Notes: generated from the sequence alone by a model not told the origin. A stretch of 63,586 nucleotides of DNA from an uncultured Spartobacteria bacterium (GCA_903868795.1 CAIPWR010000048.1:1-63586), one strand, 5' to 3'; numbered from the stretch's first letter, positions 20,132 to 30,284 are shown. A program made the numbers and translations.

Positions 20132-21588
20132 CCGAGCACTGGCGGTCTCTGCTTGTGCCATTTCGTGGCCTGCTCGTAGGCGTGGCCGATCCTGAGGAGT
20201 CGGCTCTCACCGAAGGGGCGCCCAAGGAGTTGGAGCCCCACGGGGAGTTCCTCTCCATCGCGGTTTGAGAATCCGCAAGGAAGACTCAGGCCGCAGATGC
20301 CCGCAAGGTTTGTGGCGATCGTGAAGATATCTGCCAGATACATCTTGAGCGGATCGTCGGTCTTCTCTCCGAAGCGGAAAGCGGTCTCCGGGGAGGTCGG
20401 GGAGACAATGGCATCGACCTTGGTGAAGGCCTGGTCGAAGTCGCGACGGATCAGGGTGCGGACTTTCTGGGCACGCAGGTAGTAGGCGTCGTAGTAACCG
20501 CTGCTGAGCACATAGGTTCCTAGAATGATGCGGCGTTTCACCTCGCGGCCGAATCCCTCCGCACGCGTCTTCTCGTAGAGCGAAAGGAGATCCTTTGCCT
20601 CGGGGGAACGCTTTCCATAGCGGACACCGTCGAAGCGGGCGAGGTTGGCCGAGGCCTCCGCGGTCGCGATGATGTAGTAGACCGCCACTGCATACTCCGT
20701 GTGGGGCAGGGAGATTTCGACCGGTTCCGCTCCCAGCGAGACGAGTTGCTTGATCGCGGCATCAACTGAGGAGCGGACACCCGGTTCCATTCCGTCGACG
20801 AAGTATTCCTTGGGAATACCGATGCGAAGCCCCTTCAGGTCACGCCCGATCTCCGCAGTGAAGTCCTCGTCGGGAAGTTCCAGCGAGGTGGAGTCATGGG
20901 CATCCTTCCCCGCCATGGCGTTGAGCAGCAGGCCGCTATCCTCGACGGTCGAGGTGAGTGGGCCGATCTGGTCGAGCGACGAGGCGAAGGCGATCAGACC
21001 GTAGCGGGAGACGCGGCCATAGGTCGGCTTGAGACCGACACAGCCGCAGAGGGAGGCTGGCTGGCGGATCGATCCCCCGGTATCCGAGCCAAGGGTCGCC
21101 AGAGCGGTGCCGGATGCCACCGCTGCAGCGGAGCCGCCGCTCGATCCTCCGGGAATCCGATCAAGAGCCCAGGGATTGCGTGTCGGGAAATAGGCCGAGT
21201 TCTCCGTCGAGGACCCCATGGCGAATTCATCCATGTTCATTCTGCCGAAGGGAATCGCTCCGGCTGCGCGGAGACGCGCCACGGCGGTCGCATCATAGGG
21301 GGCTGTGTAGCCCTCGAGGATCTTGGAGGCCGACTGAAGCGGTTGGCCCGCGACACTGATCGCATCCTTGATCCCGATCGGAATACCGCCAAGCGGTCTG
21401 GAGAGATCGGCAGTGGCAGCCTCCTTCTTGGCCGTTTCAAAATCACGTCCGACGTAGGAGCCGATCTGAGGATCGATTGCCGCGATGTGCTGTTCCAGTC
21501 CCTCGAGCAGCTCAACGGGAGAGATTTCCTTGGAGCGGAGGAGTCGGCGCGTTGCTGCGATGCTCTGATAGGGTGTGAAAGCGGACAT
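20128..21588 (-). CDS. gatA: Asp/Glu-tRNA amidotransferase subunit A
   Basis: Amidase signature [27 protein letters not shown] and [10 protein letters not shown]. Confidence 0.97.
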   Translation of the reverse strand: MSAFTPYQSIAATRRLLRSKEISPVELLEGLEQHIAAIDPQIGSYVGRDFETAKKEAATADLSRPLGGIPIGIKDAISVAGQPLQSASKILEGYTAPYDATAVARLRAAGAIPFGRMNMDEFAMGSSTENSAYFPTRNPWALDRIPGGSSGGSAAAVASGTALATLGSDTGGSIRQPASLCGCVGLKPTYGRVSRYGLIAFASSLDQIGPLTSTVEDSGLLLNAMAGKDAHDSTSLELPDEDFTAEIGRDLKGLRIGIPKEYFVDGMEPGVRSSVDAAIKQLVSLGAEPVEISLPHTEYAVAVYYIIATAEASANLARFDGVRYGKRSPEAKDLLSLYEKTRAEGFGREVKRRIILGTYVLSSGYYDAYYLRAQKVRTLIRRDFDQAFTKVDAIVSPTSPETAFRFGEKTDDPLKMYLADIFTIATNLAGICGLSLPCGFSNRDGEELPVGLQLLGRPFGESRLLRIGHAYEQATKWHKQRPPVLG

Positions 21589-21601
21589 GGTATCTTGGAA
21601 A

Positions 21602-21629
21602 ATCGGGAATAGGTGATCGGAAATAGGGT
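21602..21629. repeat. 7-nt-period degenerate tandem repeat between gatC and gatA
   Basis: ATCGGGA ATAGGTG ATCGGAA ATAGGGT. Confidence 0.5.
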
Positions 21630-21639
21630 CTAAAAAACC

Positions 21640-21939
21640 TTAGTCTAGGACTTTGGGGACAACGAAAAGCCCGTTGGCGTTGTGCGGGGCGTTTTCCAGA
21701 ATGGTCTTTTTGGGGAGACTCTCGGTGACTGCATCCTCACGGATTACGTCGAAAACCGTGATCGCATGAGCCGTTGGTTCGATGCCCGTGATATCGAGTT
21801 TGTTCATCTGCTCGACATGATCGAGAATGCGACCGATCTGAGGACCGAAGATCTCGATCTCCTCGGGAGTAACCTCCAGACGTGCAAGACGGGCCAAATA
21901 GGGGACGTCGATTGTGTGATGGGGTGAGTCTGTGGACAT
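21640..21939 (-). CDS. gatC: Asp/Glu-tRNA amidotransferase subunit C
   Basis: YLARLARL, REDAV and NAP...FVVPKV; directly upstream of gatA. Start at ATG 21939. Confidence 0.93.
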   Translation of the reverse strand: MSTDSPHHTIDVPYLARLARLEVTPEEIEIFGPQIGRILDHVEQMNKLDITGIEPTAHAITVFDVIREDAVTESLPKKTILENAPHNANGLFVVPKVLD

Positions 21940-22024
21940 TTGATTAAAAAATTTGGAAAGTTCAGACATTAATTTGGGAATGAAGAAGGTTCAAGGGATT
22001 AGGGAAACGCAGATCGGCGCTACC

Positions 22025-23149
22025 CTAGCCCTTAATCTCTTCGTAACGATCCCTCAGAAAAGGATCGGTCATTCCAGCCACATAATCGGCAACAATCCTG
22101 GGAAGACCATCATGCTCTCTCCTGCTCAGGGTGCGTTCGCCGAGCTTTTCAGGATGGTTGATAAGATGTGCAAAGACAGCCTGCATCTGACGGCAGGCAT
22201 TCTCGTTGGCGCCATGCACTTCCGGGTGACGATAGAATCTCTCGTAGAGATGACGGCGTAGGGCGGCATTACGGGATTTAAGTTCCGTTGAATAGCCGAT
22301 CAGTCGGGTGGGATGATTACGAACATCGCTGACATTACGAACACCCGCGCTGGCGATCGCTGCCCGGCTTGTGGAGACGAGATCCTCCACCTCTCTGTTA
22401 ATCAGGCATCGGAGAACGAATTTCCGATAGGTACGTGAACTTGCAGTGGATAGGGAGCCTGAAGATTCGGCATGAGCCTTTGCATCGGCTTCGCGCCAGA
22501 GATCCAGGCTCATGAGTTCTTTCTGTGAAAGAAGACCCGATCCGAGGCCATCCTCGAGATCGTGGCTGTAGTAGGCGATCTCGTCGGCGATGTTGGCCAC
22601 TTGGGCTTCCAGCGATGGACTGGGATAAGTTGTTCCATCAGGACGTACGAGTTCGCGGTGGTGCTTTTTTAATCCTTCGAGAACTTCGTGGGAGAGGTTA
22701 AGGCCGGGGTGTTGAGGGTAGCTTTCCTCGAGTGTCTCGACGACACGGAGGCTCTGCGCGTTGTGGTCGAACCCATTGTCATCCTTCATCAGGAGATCGA
22801 GTGTCTCCTCGCCGGCGTGTCCAAAGGGAGGGTGACCCAGGTCGTGGGCAAGGGCGATCGCCTCTGCGAGATCCTCGTTCAGACCGAGTGCTCTAGCCAC
22901 TGTACGACTCACCGAGGCGACCTCGATGGTGTGGGTCAGTCGGGTCCGGTAGTGGTCTCCCTTGCCGTTAAGAAATACCTGGGTTTTTCCATCAAGTCTC
23001 CGGAAGGAGGTTCCGTGGACGATGCGATCCCGGTCTCGCTGGTAGCAGGACCTGAAGGGATGCTCTGCCTCGGGAAGCATGCGTCCTGCGCTCTCGGAAG
23101 CCCTCTGGGCGTAGGGTGCAAGAAGCGCTTCGCGGGGGTCAGAGGACAT
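22025..23149 (-). CDS. dgt: dNTP (dGTP) triphosphohydrolase, HD family
   Basis: QRDRDRI, FRRL..KTQVF, RTRLTH, AHDLGHPPFGHAGE and DYVAGMTD. Confidence 0.93.
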   Translation of the reverse strand: MSSDPREALLAPYAQRASESAGRMLPEAEHPFRSCYQRDRDRIVHGTSFRRLDGKTQVFLNGKGDHYRTRLTHTIEVASVSRTVARALGLNEDLAEAIALAHDLGHPPFGHAGEETLDLLMKDDNGFDHNAQSLRVVETLEESYPQHPGLNLSHEVLEGLKKHHRELVRPDGTTYPSPSLEAQVANIADEIAYYSHDLEDGLGSGLLSQKELMSLDLWREADAKAHAESSGSLSTASSRTYRKFVLRCLINREVEDLVSTSRAAIASAGVRNVSDVRNHPTRLIGYSTELKSRNAALRRHLYERFYRHPEVHGANENACRQMQAVFAHLINHPEKLGERTLSRREHDGLPRIVADYVAGMTDPFLRDRYEEIKG

Positions 23150-23152
23150 GGG

Positions 23153-23260
23153 GAAAGTGAAAAGTTAGAAGGTTCGAAAGTTAAAATGATGACGGAGTGG
23201 AAGGCTCTGATTGCAGCGGTTCCTGACCTTTTAACGATTCAACGCTTTTAACTTTTTAAC
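23153..23260. repeat. Inverted element with arms made of ~8-nt tandem units
   Basis: Left arm GAAAGTGA AAAGTTAG AAGGTTCG AAAGTTAA (23153-23184). Right arm CTTTTAAC GATTCAAC GCTTTTAAC TTTTTAAC (23228-23260). Confidence 0.6.
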
Positions 23261-23271
23261 CTGATCCCACC

Positions 23272-24390
23272 CTAAACGTTGAAGCGGAATTCCATCACAT
23301 CCCCGTCCTTCACTTCGTACTCCTTGCCCTCGATACGGAGCTTGCCAGCCTCACGGCATTTGGCAGCTGAACCCAGAGAATCAAGATCGGCGAAAGCCAT
23401 GGTCTCGGCAGCGATGAAGCCACGCTCGAAGTCGCTGTGGATGACGCCTGCTGCAGCAGGAGCCTTGTCTCCAGCGCGAATAGTCCATGCGCGTGTTTCT
23501 TTTGGCCCGTAGGTGAAGTAGGTGCGTAGTCCCAGCAGGGCATAGGCTCCGCGGATGAGCTTGCCGACTCCGCTATCCGAGACGCCTAGACCCTCGAGGT
23601 ACTCCTTAGCCTCTTCGGGCGGGAGTTCGGAGAGTTCGCTCTCAATCTGGGCGCTGACGACGACTGTGCCGGTACCGTGATGGGTGGAGGCATAGTCAAC
23701 GACGGCCTTCACATGCGGATTGGTGGAGTAGTCACCCTGCTCAAGTGGTGCGAGATCTTCCTCGCGGACATTGGTGGCAAAGAGCACGGGTTTCGCGCTC
23801 AGGAGGAAGAATCCCGCCATCAGCTTCTTCTCGTCATCAGTTAGTGTGGCTGTTGTGGCAGGTTTACCTTCGTTGAGATGAGGGAGCAGCTTTTCACCGA
23901 GTTCGATTTCGGCTTTGGCGACTTTGTCGCCCGTGCGAGCAGCCTTGGTCTGACGCTCGATCCGTTTCTGGACGGTAGCCATATCCGCGAGGACGAGCTC
24001 CGTCGTGATGATTTCGATATCGCGGACTGGATCGATCGAACCGGCCACGTGGTGGATGTCCTCGTTTTCAAAGCAACGGACCACCTGCACGATGGCATCG
24101 ACTTCGCGGATGTGTGCGAGGAACTTGTTTCCAAGTCCTTCACCTTCGCTGGCGCCCTTCACGAGTCCCGCAATATCGACCACCTCGATGGCTGCGGGGA
24201 TGACCTTCTCGGATCCTGCGAGGGTCCTCAGTCGCTCGAGGCGAACGTCAGGGACATTCACCACGCCGACATTCGGCTCGATAGTGCAGAAGGGGAAGTT
24301 TGCCGCCTCGGCCTTGCGGCTCCGGGTGAGGGCGTTGAAGAGAGTTGATTTTCCCACGTTGGGGAGTCCGACGATTCCTGTTCTTAACAT
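23272..24390 (-). CDS. ychF: Ribosome-binding ATPase YchF
   Basis: [33 protein letters not shown] and HSDFERGFI. Confidence 0.97.
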   Translation of the reverse strand: MLRTGIVGLPNVGKSTLFNALTRSRKAEAANFPFCTIEPNVGVVNVPDVRLERLRTLAGSEKVIPAAIEVVDIAGLVKGASEGEGLGNKFLAHIREVDAIVQVVRCFENEDIHHVAGSIDPVRDIEIITTELVLADMATVQKRIERQTKAARTGDKVAKAEIELGEKLLPHLNEGKPATTATLTDDEKKLMAGFFLLSAKPVLFATNVREEDLAPLEQGDYSTNPHVKAVVDYASTHHGTGTVVVSAQIESELSELPPEEAKEYLEGLGVSDSGVGKLIRGAYALLGLRTYFTYGPKETRAWTIRAGDKAPAAAGVIHSDFERGFIAAETMAFADLDSLGSAAKCREAGKLRIEGKEYEVKDGDVMEFRFNV

Positions 24391-24458
24391 CTATCCTTGC
24401 TACATGAGGCCGGGCCGGGGAAAAACTTCTTTCACACATCGAGGCAAAAAACTTTTTT

Positions 24459-25229
24459 ATGAAAAAACCCCTTCAATCTCTTTCTTCGCTGGTTTCGTCG
24501 ATGGAAAGCCTCCTTCGGACAGGCGAGATCAGTGATTATCCAGGGGCAGTGAATGGTCTCCAGATCGCCAATTCGGGAAGGGTCAGTCGGATCGTTGCGG
24601 CGGTGGATGCGTGCGAGGAGGTCATCCGTGAGTCAGCGAAAATCCCTGGCACACTGCTGATTGTTCATCACGGGCTCTTCTGGAGCGGGGTGCAGACCGT
24701 GACAGGAGCCCACTACCGCAAGCTCAAGGCCGCCTTGGATGGTGACCTTGCTCTCTATAGCTCGCATCTCCCCCTGGATCTCCATCCGAAGATCGGAAAC
24801 AATGCCCTGCTGGCCAAAGCTCTCGGCCTAACCGGAATCAAGCCGGCGCTGGTGATGAAGGGCCAGAGCGTGGGTGTCATCGGACAGGTGAAAGCGATCA
24901 AACGTGAGAACTTTGAGAAACTCCTATCTGGCGCTGTTGGTGGCGATGTTCACTTGGCACCAGGTGGCCCAGAGGTCATCAAGTCTGTGCTGGTGGTCAC
25001 CGGTGGAGCAGGAAGTGAAGTGGTGCGTGCCGCCTCACTGGGCGTGGATGCCTTTGTGACCGGTGAGGGGCCTCATTGGAGCTACACCGCGGCTGAGGAA
25101 TTGGGAGTGAATCTCTATTATGCCGGGCACTACGCCACCGAGACCTTCGGAGTGAAAGCCCTCGCTTCAATGATCGCCTCCAAAGCTGGTCTTCCCTGGA
25201 GCTTTCTTGATCATCCCACGGGGTTGTAA
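24459..25229 (+). CDS. Nif3-like dinuclear metal-centre protein (DUF34)
   Basis: NGLQ, HHGLFW, HLPLD.HP..GNN and GHYATE. Confidence 0.92.
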   Translation: MKKPLQSLSSLVSSMESLLRTGEISDYPGAVNGLQIANSGRVSRIVAAVDACEEVIRESAKIPGTLLIVHHGLFWSGVQTVTGAHYRKLKAALDGDLALYSSHLPLDLHPKIGNNALLAKALGLTGIKPALVMKGQSVGVIGQVKAIKRENFEKLLSGAVGGDVHLAPGGPEVIKSVLVVTGGAGSEVVRAASLGVDAFVTGEGPHWSYTAAEELGVNLYYAGHYATETFGVKALASMIASKAGLPWSFLDHPTGL

Positions 25230-25233
25230 GTCG

Positions 25234-25809
25234 GTGAGAGGGAATGCTCCGATTGGAATCGCGTTCTTTCAGCGCCACCCTCTGATCTGTGCCCGTGAGT
25301 TGATCGGGTGCACGTTTGGTTTCGGTGATACGGCTGGCATGATCGTGGAAACGGAGGCCTATATGGCAGTGGATGATCGAGCCTGTCATACATGGAAGAG
25401 AGCCGGTGCACGGGAGTTCGTCTCCTCTCATGCCCCTGGAACTGCGTATGTCTATCTGAACTACGGCATGCATTGGCTCTTTAACTTTTTGGTCACGGGT
25501 GGAGAGTGTGAGGGGTTTGTCCTGGTTCGTGCCTTGGAACCACTGGAGGGCATTCCACTGATGAGGAGACGCAGGGGAAGGGAACGCCTTCAGGAACTCT
25601 GCAATGGTCCTGCCAAGCTGACTCAGGCGCTCGGCATTGACGGGAATCATCATGGATGCGATCCGTTGACTGGAGAGGGGTGGATACTAAGTAAAACTCC
25701 GCGTCATCAAGAGGTGATTGTCTCCAAGCGCATCGGAATCACTCAGGATGCCGAATATCCTTGGCGCTTTCTAAGCAAGGGATGTCCGTTTGTAAGCTTT
25801 CTTGCCTGA
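25234..25809 (+). CDS. mpg: DNA-3-methyladenine glycosylase (AAG/MPG type); start uncertain
   Basis: IVETEAY, AYVYLNYGMH, VLVRALEP, NGPAKL, RIGI and PWRF. Confidence 0.9.
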   Translation: MRGNAPIGIAFFQRHPLICARELIGCTFGFGDTAGMIVETEAYMAVDDRACHTWKRAGAREFVSSHAPGTAYVYLNYGMHWLFNFLVTGGECEGFVLVRALEPLEGIPLMRRRRGRERLQELCNGPAKLTQALGIDGNHHGCDPLTGEGWILSKTPRHQEVIVSKRIGITQDAEYPWRFLSKGCPFVSFLA

Positions 25810-25832
25810 TTGATCTCATCTCTTGGGCAAAA

Positions 25833-25866
25833 GAAAAGCCGGTCCGACTGATCGGCCCGGCTTTTC
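25833..25866. terminator. Bidirectional intrinsic terminator between convergent mpg and the small lipopeptide gene
   Basis: GAAAAGCCGG-TCCGA-CTGA-TCGGC-CCGGCTTTTC stem-loop with A and T tracts. Confidence 0.75.
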
Positions 25867-25901
25867 AGGAATGACGGGGAAGGACCCCCGCGGGAGTTTA
25901 G

Positions 25902-26024
25902 TTACTTGCTCTTGCCGGAGGATGACGGGCAGGACTGCTGGCAGCACTGCTTGTGACAGCAGGCCCCCAGGCTCAGGCTAGCCGCCGCGAGGGCGATGAT
26001 TGCCGCGATTTTGGTAATGGTCAT
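25902..26024 (-). CDS. 40-aa Cys-rich small lipoprotein MTITKIAAIIALAAASLSLGA-CCHKQCCQQSCPSSSGKSK
   Basis: Strong SD (AAGGAGG) upstream of ATG 26024, type II signal peptide with lipobox LGAC, and a terminator downstream. Confidence 0.75.
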   Translation of the reverse strand: MTITKIAAIIALAAASLSLGACCHKQCCQQSCPSSSGKSK

Positions 26025-26150
26025 AATGAATTTCGCCTCCTTTGTAAGCTGGTTGCCTTTATAAGAATCTAGTTCATCTCTTTGCTCTGTCCAGTTTTGG
26101 GTATTCTTTTTCTGCGTTGTGAAGAAGAAAAAATTGAATATTTCATAAAG

Positions 26151-26166
26151 TGGCCCAAAAGTTGCT
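26151..26166 (+). promoter_or_regulatory. sigma54 -24/-12 element upstream of rpoN
   Basis: TGGCCCAAAAGTTGCT matches TGGCACGNNNNTTGCW with exact GG-N10-GC spacing and ends 33 bp before the rpoN ATG. Confidence 0.6.
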
Positions 26167-26199
26167 TGCATTGGATGGTGTCTGTTCCATCAATAGGTC

Positions 26200-27624
26200 A
26201 TGGCAGGAATGGAACTTATCGCGGGGGTTGCCCAACAACAGTCACTCTCTCCGCAAATGCAGCAGAGCCTGCAACTCCTGCAGACTCCAGTAGCCGAGCT
26301 TCGACAGATGGTAGCCGCCGAACTGGCTGCTAATCCTGTCCTGGAGGAAGAGGATCTTCTTGGAGGAATTACTGATGCCGGAGAGGATCCTCACTTAAAT
26401 GAGGAGACTGATCGTAGGGGAAGTGATAACGAATTTTCTCTTCAGGACGAGTGGCGTGATTACCTGCCCCAGGCTTCGGCTCGTCCTACCTATTCCGCGG
26501 ATGATGAAGAGCGCCGGAGGTTTCTTTTTGAATCGCAGGTCTCAAGGCCGACACTGAGGAACCTGGTGATAGATCAGGCTGCTGGTTTTCCTCCCGAGGA
26601 GATACGGCTAGTCGAACTCATTGCAGGCAGCCTGGATGAGGATGGCTACCTGAGAATTAGCCTCTCGGATCTGGCCTCGGCGGCCGGAGTTTCCGAGTCC
26701 GTGATGGAGACTGTTTTGCGAAAGGTCCGTGAATTCGAACCCGCGGGAGTTGCGGCCACGGACCTCGCTGATTGCCTGCTTCTCCAGCTTTCAAGACGTG
26801 GGGAGGGGAATGGAATTTCCGCACGTATTCTCAGTCACTATCTCCCTCAGTTGGCCCGTCACCGCTATGAGGAGATCGCGCGTGATCTCCGTGTCCCGGT
26901 GGCAGATGTCACGACTGCTGCACGCCACATCTCCATGCTGGAGCCAAAACCCGGGCGCCCCTTTGCCACGGCTGAAGAGCAGGGGGTCATCCCTGATCTC
27001 ATCGTCATTCCCGAGAGTGATGGAGATAGTGATGAAGGGGGCTTTATCGTTCGTCTCAATGAGGATGAACTCCCGCGTCTGCGGATCAGCAATGATTACA
27101 AGGAGTTGCTTGCGGAACGCGGGCAGAACGAAGAACTCCTTCTCTACCTGCGTGAGAAGATCAAGGGAGCGCGTTTTTTTCTCCGCAGTCTCCAGCAACG
27201 CCAGCAGACGCTTCTGGCCATTGGCAACCAGATCGTTTCCCGGCAGGAGGAGTTTTTCCACAGGGGAGCATCGGCCCTTAAGCCACTGATTATGGCTCAG
27301 ATCGCTGATGCTGTCGGCCTGCATGTCACCACGGTCAGTCGCGCCGTTTCAGGCAAATACATGGACACTCCGCAGGGCCTCTTTGAGATGCGATATTTCT
27401 TTACGCCCGGATTCCAGAATTCCGATGGCAGTTCCGTCAGCAATGAAATGGTCAAGGGAGCGATCCGGGAGATGGTCGACAAGGAATCCCCCCGCTCTCC
27501 CCTAAGTGATCAGGAAATCGTTACGGAGTTGGAAGAGAGGGGGCTGAAGATCGCCCGCAGAACCATTGCAAAATATCGCGAGCAACTCGGTATCTTGCCG
27601 AGTCATCTGAGAAAAGTGAGCTGA
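26200..27624 (+). CDS. rpoN: RNA polymerase sigma-54 factor
   Basis: Region I QQQSLSPQMQQSLQLLQ, HTH LHVTTVSRA and RpoN box ARRTIAKYRE. Confidence 0.97.
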   Translation: MAGMELIAGVAQQQSLSPQMQQSLQLLQTPVAELRQMVAAELAANPVLEEEDLLGGITDAGEDPHLNEETDRRGSDNEFSLQDEWRDYLPQASARPTYSADDEERRRFLFESQVSRPTLRNLVIDQAAGFPPEEIRLVELIAGSLDEDGYLRISLSDLASAAGVSESVMETVLRKVREFEPAGVAATDLADCLLLQLSRRGEGNGISARILSHYLPQLARHRYEEIARDLRVPVADVTTAARHISMLEPKPGRPFATAEEQGVIPDLIVIPESDGDSDEGGFIVRLNEDELPRLRISNDYKELLAERGQNEELLLYLREKIKGARFFLRSLQQRQQTLLAIGNQIVSRQEEFFHRGASALKPLIMAQIADAVGLHVTTVSRAVSGKYMDTPQGLFEMRYFFTPGFQNSDGSSVSNEMVKGAIREMVDKESPRSPLSDQEIVTELEERGLKIARRTIAKYREQLGILPSHLRKVS

Positions 27625-27665
27625 TCGTTCTGGCGACCAGCGCAGAATGAACTGCTGCTTCAGAC

Positions 27666-28670
27666 CTATCGCTCTAGCATTCGCAAAGCATTCTTGGCTG
27701 ATCCAAGAAGGGCGGTTTCGTCATTCAGAACGACATTGATCGGCATGGTCTCCAGGAGGGATCTGAGCCGTCCCTTGTTCAGGAAACTTTCAAGGAAGAG
27801 CGGACGCCGGAGAAGTGGCAGGATTTTCGGGGGAATGCCTCCTCCCAGAAAGACGCCGCCTGTGGCCATGGTCTTGAGAGCCAGGTTGGAAGCCTCGGCT
27901 CCGAGTGCCCGGACAAAGAGATCCATTGTTGACCTGCAGAGCGGGCACGACCCATCTGCGGCATGCTTGTCAATGACTGCGGCGGCATCGTGCTCCATGA
28001 TCTCGCTGGCAACAGTGGGGGTTTCGACTCCGCGCCCCGTGTCACGGAGAAAGCGGTAGATGTTTGCGATGCCCATGCCCGAAACCACCCTCTCAAAGCT
28101 GACGCTTCCGTATTCACGTCGAAGGAAGGTGAGCAGGTCGTGCTGAAGGTCGTCCGTGGGGGCGAAGTCAGCATGGCCTCCCTCGCATGCCCATGGCGTG
28201 TGGCGCGTTCCGTCCCAGAAGAGGCCCGCTTCGCCCAATCCTGTTCCGGGAGCGATGACACACTGGTTGCCGGCATGGGAACCGGAACCGGCCTGTAGCG
28301 GCGCAAGGTCGGTCTGAAGCAGTGCGGAAAGGCCATAGGCCGTCGATTCGAGATCGTTCAGCACCTCGACGCGAGGAATTCCGATGAGCTTCGGGAGGGA
28401 GTTGATCTCGATCTTCCAGCCAAGATTGCTTGCCGTGACGATGCCGGCGATGTTCGGACCAGGAACGCCGAAGCAGGCCGTTCGGAGGGGTGATTCCAGC
28501 GTGAGATCCTTCACGAAAAGGCCGACCATTTCCTCAACGGAGGAGTGGTCGGCACTGTGGAATTTCGCGAAATGCAGACGCGTCATCTCCGCGTCGTCGC
28601 GGAAGACCGCCACGCGGAAATTGGTCCCGCCCAGATCTCCGGCGAGAATCAGGGCAGGGGCTTCGGGCAT
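27666..28670 (-). CDS. glk: Glucokinase (Glk type)
   Basis: GDLGGTN, LND, GTGLGE, EGGH, ERVVSG.G and GGI.PK. Confidence 0.93.
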   Translation of the reverse strand: MPEAPALILAGDLGGTNFRVAVFRDDAEMTRLHFAKFHSADHSSVEEMVGLFVKDLTLESPLRTACFGVPGPNIAGIVTASNLGWKIEINSLPKLIGIPRVEVLNDLESTAYGLSALLQTDLAPLQAGSGSHAGNQCVIAPGTGLGEAGLFWDGTRHTPWACEGGHADFAPTDDLQHDLLTFLRREYGSVSFERVVSGMGIANIYRFLRDTGRGVETPTVASEIMEHDAAAVIDKHAADGSCPLCRSTMDLFVRALGAEASNLALKTMATGGVFLGGGIPPKILPLLRRPLFLESFLNKGRLRSLLETMPINVVLNDETALLGSAKNALRMLER

Positions 28671-28688
28671 TGGAACAATGGATTCCGC

Positions 28689-30284
28689 TTAAAGGCGGAT
28701 GACCTTGGCGGTCGAGATGTCGGCGTCGGATGTGACCTTGGCCAGCAAGGCATCGTCCGGAGCTGAGTCAAGGTTGAGCAGAGTCAATGCCTGCCCACCG
28801 ACTTCATTGCGACTCAGTGACATGCTGGCGATGTTGACGCTGTTTTGGCCGAGGATCGTGCCGAGATGACCGACGATACCGGGGCGATCACGGTTCTCGA
28901 GAAGAAGAATGATGCCGGAAGGAACCCCCTCGACGAAGCGACCGTTGACCGTGACGATACGTGGCTTGGAACCGTAGAGAGTGCCGCCCACGGATGCGGT
29001 GACGCCATCCTGAGTGATCGAGGCATCAATGAGGTCGGTGAATTCCCCGGCCTCGCTTTGACGGGTCTCGATCACTTCGAGTCCCAGATTGGCAAGAATG
29101 GCTGGCGCATTGACGGGATTGACATCACCGCCATGGGTGTGACGCAGGAATCCCGTGATCAGGGCGCGGGTTACGGCGGTCAGATCCTGCTCGACGAGGC
29201 GTCCGCTGAATCGAACCGAGAGTTTCTCTGCGCGCTTTGGTGCGATCTGGGCCAGGAAGAGTCCGAGCTTGCCACCCAATTCGATCCAGGGGCCAAGCGT
29301 GGAGATGGTCTTGGCGTCGATGTTGGGCATGTTGACGGAATTTCGGATCTCGCCCTGGAGAAGGGTTGCACGGACGGCTTCCGCGATCTCGATGCCGACA
29401 AGTTCCTGGGCCTCCGCGGTGGAGGCTCCGAGGTGAGGGGTGAGCACGAGATTGGGGACATCGCGATGAGGCCACTCGGCGGGAACCGGCTCCACCTCGA
29501 AAACGTCGAGGGCCGCTCCGCCGATCTGTCCGCTCTTGAGACCCTCGGCGAGGACATCCTCGTCGATCAGTCCTCCGCGTGCACAGTTGACGATGCGGAC
29601 TCCTTTTTTGAGGAGTGGAAGCTGCTTGCGGCCGATCATGTGCTTGGTCTCTTCGGTGAGAGGCATGTGGACGGTGATGAAGTCGGCTTGCGGAAGGATG
29701 TCGTCAACTTTGTCGACAACCTCGACCTGCAGGGACTTGGCTTTGCTGGCCGAGATGTAGGGGTCGTAGGCGAGCACTTTCATGCCGAAGGCGATGGCGC
29801 GCCGGGCCACCTCGGTGCCGATGCGGCCCATGCCAAGAATGGCGAGGGTCTTGCCGTGAAGTTCGACGCCCTCGAATTTTTTGCGATCCCACTTGCCGGC
29901 CTTCATGCTGGCGTCGGCCTGGGGAATGAAGCGTGCGGTCGCGAGCATGAGAGAGAAAGCGTGCTCGGCCGTGGAGATGGTGTTTCCGCCAGGGGCGTTC
30001 ATGACGATGACCCCATGCTTGGTTGCGGCTTCCACATCAACGTTGTCAATGCCGACGCCGGCGCGACCAACGACCTTCAGGTTTTTGGCGGCAGCGAAAA
30101 CAGCGGGAGTCACCTTGGTCTGGCTGCGGACCACCAGGCCGTGAAACTCGGGAATGATCTTGATCAGTTCATCCTCCTTGAGGCCGGTTTTCACCACAAC
30201 CTCGATGACACCTCCCTCGGCAAGGGCTTCGACTCCACGTTGGGAAACCGGGTCTGCGACGAAAACTTTAGGAATGCTGCTCAT
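28689..30284 (-). CDS. serA: D-3-phosphoglycerate dehydrogenase (long type with ACT domain)
   Basis: GRAGVGIDN, G.GRIG, NCARGG, TPHLGAST and ACT motif DRPGIVG. Confidence 0.96.
   Translation of the reverse strand: MSSIPKVFVADPVSQRGVEALAEGGVIEVVVKTGLKEDELIKIIPEFHGLVVRSQTKVTPAVFAAAKNLKVVGRAGVGIDNVDVEAATKHGVIVMNAPGGNTISTAEHAFSLMLATARFIPQADASMKAGKWDRKKFEGVELHGKTLAILGMGRIGTEVARRAIAFGMKVLAYDPYISASKAKSLQVEVVDKVDDILPQADFITVHMPLTEETKHMIGRKQLPLLKKGVRIVNCARGGLIDEDVLAEGLKSGQIGGAALDVFEVEPVPAEWPHRDVPNLVLTPHLGASTAEAQELVGIEIAEAVRATLLQGEIRNSVNMPNIDAKTISTLGPWIELGGKLGLFLAQIAPKRAEKLSVRFSGRLVEQDLTAVTRALITGFLRHTHGGDVNPVNAPAILANLGLEVIETRQSEAGEFTDLIDASITQDGVTASVGGTLYGSKPRIVTVNGRFVEGVPSGIILLLENRDRPGIVGHLGTILGQNSVNIASMSLSRNEVGGQALTLLNLDSAPDDALLAKVTSDADISTAKVIRL

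Noticed and set aside
25902-26024. Cys-rich peptide as a RiPP precursor
   Set aside because: No radical SAM, YcaO, lanthionine synthetase, peptidase or exporter is adjacent, and the N-terminus is a standard lipoprotein signal.
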